Shown: piece by piece, positions 29,648 to 40,700 of the stretch
How the letters are laid out: each line of letters begins with the position of its first letter
How positions within the stretch are numbered: position 1 is the stretch's first letter
Source: Tetramitus jugosus
Taxonomy: Eukaryota > Protista > Heterolobosea
Reading direction: 5' to 3'
DNA: 64,000 nt
NCBI GenBank assembly: GCA_937625935.1
Contig: OW569376.1
Location: forward strand, 401,304 to 465,303
Made by a program: the position numbers and the translations under genes
The notes under the pieces: model-generated
What the model saw: the letters and a program-made list of their open reading frames with translations, nothing else
The model's database searches: none
Told to the model about the DNA's origin: nothing

Positions 29648-31809
29648 ATGACCTCCTTTGTACCAACAAGCAACTCAACAGGTAAGCTTGACTCACATGC
29701 TTCTTTTCCTTCCCATCACCTCACACACTGACGCCTTGTTTTTTCCTGTTTTTCGTTCTCTTCAAAAAAAACACAACAACAACCGCAACAGTAGAATCGA
29801 GTAACATCACAGACATGAATCAGTTCTTTTTCCAACAGGATCCTGAATTCATGAATCCACTCACTCACTCTCTCGTTCCAAACAATGCCACATTTGGTTT
29901 CGATTCTGACACAAGTGCTCATGATTCACCATCGTCCTACGTTTCCAACTCTTCTGAAGATGGAGTCTATCATCACTCTGAAGCTGTGACCGCAATTGAA
30001 GACTATGACGGGTACGATATGGATCACTATGGAGGTTACCTTGCCCCAACATCCATGGACTTGTTGTTGAATGGTAATCATCATCATCATCACCACCACG
30101 CACCTCACGTCACCAACAATAATAGCACAGATGGCAACACTGCTTCCATGCTATCCTCTGATAAGGCCCTTTTACAACAACAACACTATGCAGCAATGAA
30201 GTCTGCTTTTGTCGCAGCAGCCATGAAACAACAACAACAACATCAGCACGCAATTGTACCTCCTGCATCCTACTCTACAACAATGACACCTCAACAATTG
30301 CAAGAACAGTACATGTTGGTGCATCAACAGAGAGCTCAAATGGCTGCACAACAATATGCTGCTACCTATGGTGCTCCATTCACAAATCCATTTGCAATGA
30401 CCTATCAAACATCACCTCCCATGGCACACTTTATTCATCCTCACCCATCACCTACTCAATCAATGATTAGTTCATCAGCAGCTACAAACGGAGGTGTCAA
30501 CAGCAGTGTCACTGCCACTATGAAAGCCTCTCCACCAGCTTCTCCATCTGTCACTTCACCAAACAGCACCTCTATCATGTCTTCCAACACTTCTGCAAGC
30601 AGCATTGAAGATCCTTCTTCTCCAAAGACCGATAGACAAGCACCTTCACCTACACAGTCATCTGCTTCCAAGTCAAAGAAGAAGTCTGTCAACAGCAGTG
30701 CTCCAAAGAGACCAAGAGAGTCCAGTGATTCTTCACCAACTGATGAAGCATTGGCAGAGCTTGACTTGAAGAAACCAGCCAATGTCGAAGAAGACAAGGA
30801 AGTTAAGAGACAGAGAAGACTGGTCAAGAACAGAGAATCTGCTCAAGCATCCAGAGAACGTAAAAAGTTGTACGTCAAAGGATTGGAGGCACGAGTCGAA
30901 GAATTGGCAACCAAGAATAGTGATTTGAATGCCAAGCTACAAGCTATGGAAGAAGAGAATAAGAGATTGAGGGAGAGATTAACAATGATTGATCCATCAG
31001 GATTGCAACTTCATGATGCATTGGAACCTGATGCAAAGAAGCGCAAGCTCAACAAGATGATGCCAAATAAGCCAACCTACAATCCATTTGATGTCAACTT
31101 TTGGGCTGCCTTCATGGGTGGATATCCAAATCATCCAGCACCACCACAACAACAAGTCCCACCACAGCCACAGATGCACCCAGGTCACAGCATGTCCACC
31201 ATGGCTCCTCATGAGCAATCTGCACTTGCTGCATGGGCAAATCCAGCTACCTTAGGCTCAAAGAGAGTCGTCATGTTTATTATGCTATTCTGTGTTGCTG
31301 TTATGGTCATGCTTCCAAAGGACATGGCACCCGCCTCACTCTCTAGTAGTGAAACACCTGTTTCACTATCTGATGGTGCACCTATCAAGAGAAGTCACTC
31401 TCGGTTGTTAAAGTTCTTCCAGAGCGAAGAAGCAACAAGTGGTACAACAGTTCAGAGCTCAGATTTTCAAACAAAGATCAAGGTTGTTTATGACAAGTTT
31501 GCCTCATTGATGCAAAACAGTTCCGAGTCAAACATTGTGGATTCTGTTGTTCAAATTAAGCCTGATTTTGCATTCGATGTCCAATTGGACAATGAAAAGC
31601 AATCTTTGCAAATTTCATTCCCTCTGAACAAGGTTGTGAAGCAAGAAGAAGAGGAAGATGTCGAAATGGAAAAGAAGGACACTTCTGTTGATCAGCAAGA
31701 CCTTGCTGAAGATGTCAAGAAGGAACAGGAAACTGATTCAAAGGAAGACACTGTAGAATCATTGTCTGTGGAACTTTTGCGTGAAGTCTGCCGAAAAATG
31801 GTCAACTAA
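29648..31809 (+). CDS. Membrane-tethered bZIP transcription factor (ATF6/CREB3/bZIP17-28-like architecture)
   Basis: Probable short exon 29648-29681, intron 29682-29791 (GTAAGC..CTGAC..CAG, NAGNAG), in frame with ATG 29815; basic region KRQRRLVKNRESAQASRERKK plus Leu zipper; TM RVVMFIMLFCVAVMVML; lumenal RLLK. Confidence 0.88.
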
Positions 31810-32080
31810 TGTGTTTCTCCCATTATTTTTTTGCATACCAAATGCCCTACACTGTAAATAAACTTAGGCCTTTTCACATGATAGTGTATTGTTCTTGTCC
31901 ATATGTCCAAGAGGTAGTTAGTGTATTCTGATATAATTTCGGAGAAATGTGTTTTGGCGGTTAATTCACTTGCATCAGAAAGAAAAAAGAAGATCACCAA
32001 CGCGACAAAATCGATCATCTTTATCACAACAACAATCACCATTGTTCGAACACAACAACCAACCAACCACCATATAGGCA

Positions 32081-34079
32081 ATGTCTCTCCAAAAATCCAT
32101 GATTCACACCATTGCCAATGCAATTGGTATACCAAGTGATCAAATCTCGGATGAAATTGCTCAATCATTAGCAAGTGATGCCGAATACAGAATGCGTGAG
32201 ATTATTCAAGACGCTGCAAAGTTTATGAAACATGGAAAAAGAAATGTTCTCAAGTGTGAAGACGTCAACTATGCATTGGCCATGAAGAATGTTCAAGTAT
32301 GTGTTTTGTCTGTTTACGTTTTATCTGTTTGATCGGTGTCAACAAAAATTAAACCATGTGTTTTTTGTTGTTGTTGTTGTTGTTGTTGTTTGTGTAAACC
32401 AACTTTCATATAGCCACTGTATGGTTACAAGACATCGAGTCAGACTGTGCCTCGATTTCACTTGGTCAACAAGACACAGGACCTCTATTTTTTGGAAGAT
32501 GCCGAAATTGAACTCAAAAAGGATCACTTGCAAGTAGAGTTGCCCAGAATTCCACTGGGAGCAGTTGTCAATGCTCATTGGTTGGCCATACAGGGTGTTC
32601 AGCCAAAAATACCTCAGAATCCTACCATTGTACCATCTCAGCAGCAGCAGCAACAACAACAAACGTCATCTTCTGCTCTATCATCTGATCAACAACAACA
32701 GGCATTGTTGGGTGGTGATCAACTACAACAACAACATGATCGAATCAGTGGTGGAAATGCACTAGAGACAAACATTGTTGTGTCTTCTCTCACATCGGAC
32801 AATAGTTCCATTCAAGTCAAGAAACAAGTCAAGCACGTGTTGAGCAGTGAACTTGTCTTGTATTATGAGAAGGCAACAGAGGCAATCAAGAGCACAGAAA
32901 AGAATTCAAAGTTGTTGTTGGATGCAACGTACAAGTCATTGAGTGAGGACCCTGGATTGGGTAATTTAGTTCCGTATTTGATTCGATTTGTGAGTGAAGA
33001 GTGCACACAGAATTTGAATCATTTGTTGTTGTTGGAGAGATTGATGAGAACGATACAGTGCTTGCTCATTAATCCAAATTTGCACATTGAATTATATGTA
33101 TGTGTCTGTCATATTGTGTCCTATTGATGCCTTTTCTTTTGGATATGCGAGAGAGAAAGCGTTTATTGACTCTAATGTGTGTGTGAATATTCATTTTTTT
33201 GTTATTGTTTGATTGTGACATGCAACAATGCAGCTTCATCAAATTATGCCCATTGTTTTGACGTGTCTCGTAGGAAAGAGACTGTGTAAGAATCCAACGG
33301 AGGATCATTGGAGATTGAGAGACTATTCTGCTTATATTATCGCCTATATCTGTAACAAATTTGGAGCCAATTATCATACGCTACAACCGAGAGTAACGAA
33401 GGCTCTTCTTCACGCATTTTTGGATCCTACTCGACCTAGAACAACGCACTATGGAGCAATCGTGGGAATAGGGGCACTTGGACCAGCTGTTACACAACTA
33501 TTATTGATGGAACCTGTTCAGAATAGCAATGTAGCTGCATTTTGTCGATTGTTGGAACCAGAGTTGAGATCAACGAATCACATTGTTCGATTTGAGGCAC
33601 AAATGTGTTATGGAGCCCTGCTTGAGGCTTGCAGTTCATTTTTCGTTCGATTATCTCGTTTCTTTACTCCTGTTCACGATGATGCAATGAAGTCTCTGTA
33701 CGATACGGCTTCTACTTCCAGGCGAGCGGAAGCAAGCGAAGAAGACATGGAGAACAGAATGCAAGATGACGAACAAGATATGATATCACTTGAAAAGTAT
33801 AAAACTGCTGAACTCACTAGGGATTTGCGAGAGAGGATGAACGCTGCTAACATACCAGCAGACATCAATTTGCGTTATCAAGAGCTGTATATGATCTTTG
33901 GAGAGTCAATCCTGCCCTATATTTCTTATGATATCATGAGTATTTTGAAGGAAGCAACCTCTGTGGCACAGCTGCCTACAACATCCGAAGATTATGCTCT
34001 CGCTTCGACATTGAGTGGTAATGGCGCTGCTTTTTCAAACGAATACCAAAGCATGTCCGTAAAGGACATATTTTTGTAA
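32081..34079 (+). CDS. TAF6: TFIID subunit 6 (three exons)
   Basis: Exons 32081-32296, 32414-33097, 33234-34079; histone fold EIIQDAAKFMKHGKR; PLYGY; AHWLAIQGVQPKIPQNP; KHVLSSEL; DHWRLRD; THYGA. Confidence 0.96.
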
Positions 34080-34086
34080 ATGAGTA

Positions 34087-36324
34087 CTATTTATGAACAT
34101 TGTTTGTGTCTTGCTTGTTTTCCTCTGAATCCTGGGCAGGTTCATCACTCAAGCGCTGTCCACCCACCAGCGCCAATACTTTTGATATTTCTCTTTCTTG
34201 TCGTTGCCGAATGACAGGATTTATGATCCGTTCTCTCGCATTCCAGAAGATGTTCAACATTCTAGTAATCGACATGGCTTCCGTAGTCGTCGCTGCCATG
34301 GCATACTTTTGAACAGGAATTTGAAAAGTTCGTGGATAGACGACATTGTCCAACACAAACTCATCATGAACAACATCTGTCAGCTCAAACTCCACCAACA
34401 GAAACGAATTCTCAATCCGGCAATTAATTTGCGTACTGAGTACGATTCCATCTTTTGTCACAAGAAACCCGTGTCGAGCAACATTGTGTGCCGTAGCTGC
34501 CCACACATTGTTCACAAAATCCTTCCACAATGACTGTGAGATACGTGTGGACAGAATGGATGGTGACTCTCCTTGCAACTCTCCTTTCGAATACCGAAAC
34601 ATGTCTCTAAACACTTGATTACAACCAAAAATTTCCCACGAAGAACGATCCCACATTAAAACAGCCTTTCGTGTATTGAGTGGCGGATTCCACATGTCCA
34701 CTGGATCGAGATTGAAATCTCTGGGCACTGCCTTTAGTGGTTGCAACTCTCGTTGCATGACTCTAATTCTTTCCTCTAGTTCTTCATTGTTTCTTCGTGT
34801 CATGTGCAGTGTGCGTTGCATTTCTTCAATCTCTGATTCGAGACTTGTTATTTGATTGTTGACGACATCATCATCATCATCATCATCGTCATCATCATAG
34901 TAGTTAATAAGTGGAGCAATGTTGTGATTGATCATACTGTTCGTATGAAGCACCATGGTTGGATTGTGATTGCGATTGTTATTATTGATTGGATTATAAA
35001 TAGTATGATTCGTATTTTGATACATGTTATTGTGATGATGATGCATTGTCATCATTGTATTATTATTATTATTAATATTATTGTTGTTGTTGTTGTTGTT
35101 GTAAACAACAGTAGCATAGTCATTGGTAATGGTAGTAGGAATGAATAGGTATGGTGATGACAATGGATGATTCATATTATAAATAGTATTATTATGATTG
35201 GTTTGATTCATGTGATTGTGATTTGGCATTGTCATTGCATATGAGCTTGGAGTAGAAAATGGCATAATGTTATTGTTATTGTTGTTATGATCAATGCCTG
35301 ATAGAGATGATGATGATGATCCAAGTATCATCATGTTCATCGTAGAGTCAGAGGGAGGCAGTAGTGATGGTGATGCTGATGATGATGTTTCCAATAGTTG
35401 GAATGAACCAGGAGAGTCAACACTGATAATGGAGTCAATAGAATCATATTCGTTGTTGGACAAGGGTGGTGTTGTGCTGCTGCTGCTGCATGATGAGGAG
35501 AATGAAGAGGAGGATGAGAGGGAGGAAGGAGATTGAAATTCTCTGTTGCTGCTACTAGAGCTAATATATATATTGTTGTTAATGTTGTTGTTGTTGTGAG
35601 TGGTCATTGTGCTAGCACTAGTGGTGGTGGTGGTGGAGGTGGAGGTGTGATGATAAAGCTCAGCAGTGTTGTTTGGCCCTCCAAGTTCATTGTTCTTGGA
35701 GTCGTCGCTGTTGTTGCCGCAGTTGACACGAGAGCTAATGTGCCTGTTGACACGGGTTTGCGAAAGGTCCATTTTTCGCTTTTTTTTGGAAGGTTGGAGT
35801 TGGACGTGGGGAAATTGCTCAACGAAGATAATGGGATTTCTTTTGTGGGTTGATGATTGTTGAGGTGCAGGCCGTAGGGACTGTTGTTGTACACTATCAT
35901 CCGCAATGACTGCTTGTTGCGGCTGTCCCGTAGTTGCAGGAACGGGTGAATGGTTTTTTTTCTTCCCGTGCTGCCAAATATTGCCCGCGGAGTTCCCTCC
36001 TGTCAAATTTTGATCCTTGTTTGGTTTGATATAGTCGTAGCAAGACTTGCCTTTGCGGATGCAAGTAGAGCAAGGTCGTTTCTTGTTACACGCAACTTTT
36101 GAAACTCTGCAGTGATGACAAGACATTGGCTCAGGTCGGTTGTGGAGGTGTAGTTTGTGTTGACATGCTTTCAGTTCCAGTGCATGCTTGCTTTTGTTTT
36201 TGTTGTTGTGACTTTTAGTTTGACTACTGCTGTTGTTGCCATTGTTGGGTGCAGGTGGGTTCACTGACAATCGTGCAGCAGAAGTAGTGGTGCCTGAAGT
36301 TGCAGATGTGTCTTCTTGAGGCAT
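34087..36324 (-). CDS. Zn(II)2Cys6 transcription factor with Asn-rich linker, coiled coil and C-terminal PAS-like domain
   Basis: CHHCRVSKVACNKKRPCSTCIRKGKSC; LESEIEEMQRTL coiled coil; IFGCNQVFRDMFRYSKGELQG (PAS-like start). Confidence 0.88.
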   Translation of the reverse strand: MPQEDTSATSGTTTSAARLSVNPPAPNNGNNSSSQTKSHNNKNKSKHALELKACQHKLHLHNRPEPMSCHHCRVSKVACNKKRPCSTCIRKGKSCYDYIKPNKDQNLTGGNSAGNIWQHGKKKNHSPVPATTGQPQQAVIADDSVQQQSLRPAPQQSSTHKRNPIIFVEQFPHVQLQPSKKKRKMDLSQTRVNRHISSRVNCGNNSDDSKNNELGGPNNTAELYHHTSTSTTTTTSASTMTTHNNNNINNNIYISSSSSNREFQSPSSLSSSSSFSSSCSSSSTTPPLSNNEYDSIDSIISVDSPGSFQLLETSSSASPSLLPPSDSTMNMMILGSSSSSLSGIDHNNNNNNIMPFSTPSSYAMTMPNHNHMNQTNHNNTIYNMNHPLSSPYLFIPTTITNDYATVVYNNNNNNNNINNNNNTMMTMHHHHNNMYQNTNHTIYNPINNNNRNHNPTMVLHTNSMINHNIAPLINYYDDDDDDDDDDVVNNQITSLESEIEEMQRTLHMTRRNNEELEERIRVMQRELQPLKAVPRDFNLDPVDMWNPPLNTRKAVLMWDRSSWEIFGCNQVFRDMFRYSKGELQGESPSILSTRISQSLWKDFVNNVWAATAHNVARHGFLVTKDGIVLSTQINCRIENSFLLVEFELTDVVHDEFVLDNVVYPRTFQIPVQKYAMAATTTEAMSITRMLNIFWNARERIINPVIRQRQEREISKVLALVGGQRLSDEPAQDSEENKQDTNNVHK

Positions 36325-36530
36325 GACTCACGCGGTGTTGGACAATGTGTGTTGTTTGATCGGGTTTGGTTTTCTGGTTTGACGTTGGAGCGTTCTGACC
36401 TAGGACCTCTCAATGGACCGAAATGCGGAGGCGCAAGTTTTTTTTTTGGAATTATTCGGTGGGAATGTTTTTTGGCCAAAAAGAATCAACCCGCATCCGA
36501 CCAGATGATCCAGGAAATTGAATATTGTAT

Positions 36531-37628
36531 TTACATTGTTTGTTTAAAGTCCTCTACATCATCAGCCGCATCTCTGTGGCAAAAGATGGAACTAAACCAT
36601 CGATGATGAGAATGTGTATGAGGCTCGTTAGAGCTCTTCCTTTTGTCAGCGGAGACATTTTGTGAATGCCTTTTCATTGTATGTGATTTCATATCACTGA
36701 GTGTCATTGACTGCCTCGATGGATCTTCCTTTCCAAAAATCTTGGAAAGGAACACTTTTTCAATCTTTGTTTTCTCTTTCTGACTGAGTTGAACGGAAAC
36801 ATTGTTCAACGTTGCGTCTTGTGTTTCAGAGGGCTGTGGCCACTCAATGTTTAACAATCGAATATGCATTTGATCCAAATGGTTCACTTCCCATGAGTCA
36901 AATTCCAGTTCTAACTCCCATGTAAATGTAAACATATTCTCTAATCGAACATTGTTCACCTGTCTCATCATTTGTTCACTTCTCCTGTGCACAAATGACA
37001 CTGTGGGTCGTGAGCTTTCCAAGTTTTGTCTCTGAATGACAGAACAGTTCCACGTACCTCTAATATCTTTGAACCGCATGGGATACTCTGAGAAGAATAA
37101 ACTTTCAGCCAAATGACCCAACAAACAAACAATAAAGGCTTGATCGACACACATGATGACCTTGACGAGCTTGCTGCTATCACCATAATACTTTTCCATA
37201 AAGCTGTTTAGTACTGTATCGATTTGTTCGGTGGGGACTTCATCTTGCCATAATTTTGGACTAATTTGGATCGCTCCATTATCTTCAGTGTAGTGCACAC
37301 CATCTTGTGTCTGTTCTGAAGATGAAGCATCTTCGTTGCTGACTGTTATTGTAGCTTCAGTAGAACTACCATCAGTTTCGGCAGGAGAAAGCAAAAGTCC
37401 CTTCTCTCCCAAGAGATGACCCAAGTAATTGAACAAGGACAGCAGAGAGTTGGAATCGTAGCCCTCAACGGCTTCCAAGAACTCCGAGCTCTGTCGGGAT
37501 AATGAGAACTTTTTGTACATGCGGAGTAAATCTCTACCGATGTACGAATGACTGATTCTTCTAGCATGGATACCGTTGAACTCTACTGCTATTGTCGATA
37601 GTTTATCAGCAAGGCTTGCTGTTTCCAT
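36531..37628 (-). CDS. Hypothetical protein (about 365 aa)
   Basis: Uninterrupted ORF with first ATG at 37628; no family recognised with confidence. Confidence 0.7.
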   Translation of the reverse strand: METASLADKLSTIAVEFNGIHARRISHSYIGRDLLRMYKKFSLSRQSSEFLEAVEGYDSNSLLSLFNYLGHLLGEKGLLLSPAETDGSSTEATITVSNEDASSSEQTQDGVHYTEDNGAIQISPKLWQDEVPTEQIDTVLNSFMEKYYGDSSKLVKVIMCVDQAFIVCLLGHLAESLFFSEYPMRFKDIRGTWNCSVIQRQNLESSRPTVSFVHRRSEQMMRQVNNVRLENMFTFTWELELEFDSWEVNHLDQMHIRLLNIEWPQPSETQDATLNNVSVQLSQKEKTKIEKVFLSKIFGKEDPSRQSMTLSDMKSHTMKRHSQNVSADKRKSSNEPHTHSHHRWFSSIFCHRDAADDVEDFKQTM

Positions 37629-37795
37629 TCTTTTTCCTGTTGGTTTTGTGTTGTTTCTTTTCGAATGTCTGAGACAGCTCAAAAATAAGATTTTTGCTCA
37701 GAAGTTACTTGGGTGGCGGATGCTGTGTTCAAGTCAAGTTCCAACAAAGGACACTCACAAGAACAACCACCATCGTTTTGTGTTCGTCAGGTCAT

Positions 37796-40700
37796 TTATT
37801 TGTCTGAGTAATCTACAATTGTTATGTTCTTGTTGTGCACAATTTCCCATGGAGAACCCTTAAGCTGAGTAATAACTCCCTCATCTGTTGGTACGATGGG
37901 TGTTCGAATGTCCTCAATTGTTGCATGACCGTCCAAAGGACACTCAGCTGACAACTTGGCAAAGAAACTCTTTGAGATTGCATCTTCATGAATGTGCTCG
38001 ACTATGCTTGCGTACTGATCGATTTCACTCAACTCGTTATTAATTTCAGATAGCTGTTTCATTTGCTCCTTCGTGAAGGTAATGTCTAATTCTGAAAGTT
38101 TTGGTTGCCTGACTGGCTCACGCTCGATCTCTTCAATTATCTCCTGCAATTCATCCACGTCCACATCTTCTCCAGAGGCTAGCGCTTGCATGTATTTCGT
38201 TTGTTCTTCCTTCATTCTCTTTCTCTTCTTCTTTTCTTCCTGTTTCCTGAATCTGTTTTCTGCTCTTGTCTTGGCACGAGTCAGGATATTAGATTTTGTC
38301 TGCCTAATAATCGTTGCATGAATTTCAATGAGACACTTCCTATGGAATGCATGAGAACATGGGAACACCATGAATGAATCACTGAGCACAGAGCACCGAC
38401 AATGAGAGCATTTCTGATCGTGAATATCTCTGTTCATTTTCACACCATTTAAATCATTTCTAATAGTATTGGTACTTTCTGCAAGTTCTTTGATGTTGTC
38501 CTTCAACTTGTTTTCAGATGATTTCAACGTTTGCAATACCTCTCGTATGTTTTCCTCGTATGGATGCAGATGAATATCTTGAGGGAACACTTCCAAGACG
38601 TCGGTCAGGGTTATTGTTGATACAAAGTCATCTGACGATATCATACTCAGACTCTGTTTGAGGTGTATTGGGTCATTGGATATTGAGGCGGCCAAAATTT
38701 TGAGCATCATCTTTCTGCGCGTTGATTGATCATGAATATGGTTCACAACAATATGTATGGCTTCTTGATTTTGATTTTGTTTGATAGCGATATCGATTGC
38801 TTGTTCATATAGACCCATCATCACATACAGAATTGTGCAGCTAGACTGCATTCCTGCTTCGGTACATAATCGGAGTGCGAATTCCTTATCGAGAGTGGTT
38901 ACTTCCTTTTCTTGCTCTTGTCTGAGGAAGCTGTCAACTTTGGAAGAGTTTCCTGATTGCACTAGCAGATAGAACAATAAGTTATGAATAATTGAGTGAT
39001 TACTCATGTCATTATCGATGCATTTGGTGAGATACTTGATCGAAAGATCATTACGCTTGTTTGTTCTACTCTTATGATTCGATTTAGAGTATTGGAGAAG
39101 CGCTGGAACGAGGCGATCTGGTTGCAGAAATCTATGATCGTTGAGCGCTTTGAATAATTCATTCGAATGATAGTTCATCAAAAGTGGAGAGTACTTGTAC
39201 CACAGTTCTTCGTACTCTTGATCAATGCAAAATTCATTGAGAATCCATAGAGCCCTTTGGAAGTGCTCTGTTTCGCTGTTGCCCATGTCCAAGTCCAATC
39301 TACCATTCGTAATGCATTGTTCTATCGCTACCTGATAATCACCAATTAGGGTCGCGAAAAATAGGAAGTCCTGAGATAGAAGATTGTTAGTGAGGAGAGA
39401 ATACACAGCCTCTTTGCATGGAAGGAGAGTATCTTTGTTTTTGAATAAAAACTTGCGCAAGGAATTAGCGCACTCTTCCATATCTTTGATAGCTTGTTTC
39501 TTTGATATCATGAGCTCACTTTTCTGTTGGTTTGAGCTGAATGGAGCAGATGACTGTTGCAACACAATATCACAGTACAATCGTTTTTGTACAAGGAGTT
39601 GAGCGATCCATAGAGCGATAGAAACTTTTTGCCGTATGACATCGATTGTATTCTGGTGCGGTTGAGATTTGATCTTCTTCAATATGCAATTCAAGTACGT
39701 GAAGAGCCCACTTTGAACATCATCTGGATCTGTTTGTAAAATATCTAGTACTGTTTGATCAAATGGAACATTGGTTTTCGCTAAATATCGAGCGGCTTGC
39801 TGTAGATGGTTCGGACATGTCAAAAAATATTGTCCAATTTCTCTGTAAACTGTACTCTTATGTTTCACTGCTTCAATTTCATCAATGTGTGCAATCGAGT
39901 CACAAAGGAACAATGCCTTATCCAATAAATCAAGTTTGTCTGCATAATCTGTGGCATACTGTGCCTGCTGGAGGAAAAGATTCCAAAAGCCAAGTGTTTC
40001 CTCCTCTATAGATAGGAGAGTTACTTCCGAATTAGAAACAACGTAGATGGATGTTCCATAATCCGTCGTATCTGAAACCAATCTGATAAATGAACCACAG
40101 TTAAAACCATAATCCTCTGTGGAGTCATACACAATTTTTGATAGGATATTATAGGGTTGATTCGAGCATGTTGGTAATTCTGCAGGTTGCATATAGATAT
40201 GGAAATGATCATGATACATGACGAAAATGTGAAGTTCGGTAGTAGTTATCGATAAGGGTAATTCGATATCGGAATCTTGATAAGGTATCATTGTCGCCTT
40301 TTCTAAAATGTCTGAAATTTCTGCATACCATTTACCGTGGAACACACCTAAAGTTGTACTCCAAGCAAAGGAGATAGGCATGTCAGAATCTCTGGAAACT
40401 AGTGTATCCTCCCTTTCATTGAGTATGTCTGATTTTCTAACAACACACAATTGACTATTGAACTCATCTGTATCACCCGTAAAATATTTGGATAATGGTT
40501 TTCTCTTGAGTTCTCCATTCAAAGGATTCTGGTATGACTGTAACACCTGATCCATTTGACTATAAGTGACGCCACTTGCATTAAATATTGACACACCTAT
40601 GTTTGTTGTCACAATGATTACATTTTGACGTGCAGCTCCCACAGTATAGTAGGCACACTCGATACCAGCGATAGATAAAGGTTTGGATCGATCAGATAAC

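Noticed and set aside
32366-32392. (GTT)n tract in a TAF6 intron, and poly-Asn/Gln/His codon runs in several genes
   Set aside because: Ordinary microsatellite or low-complexity sequence for this genome.
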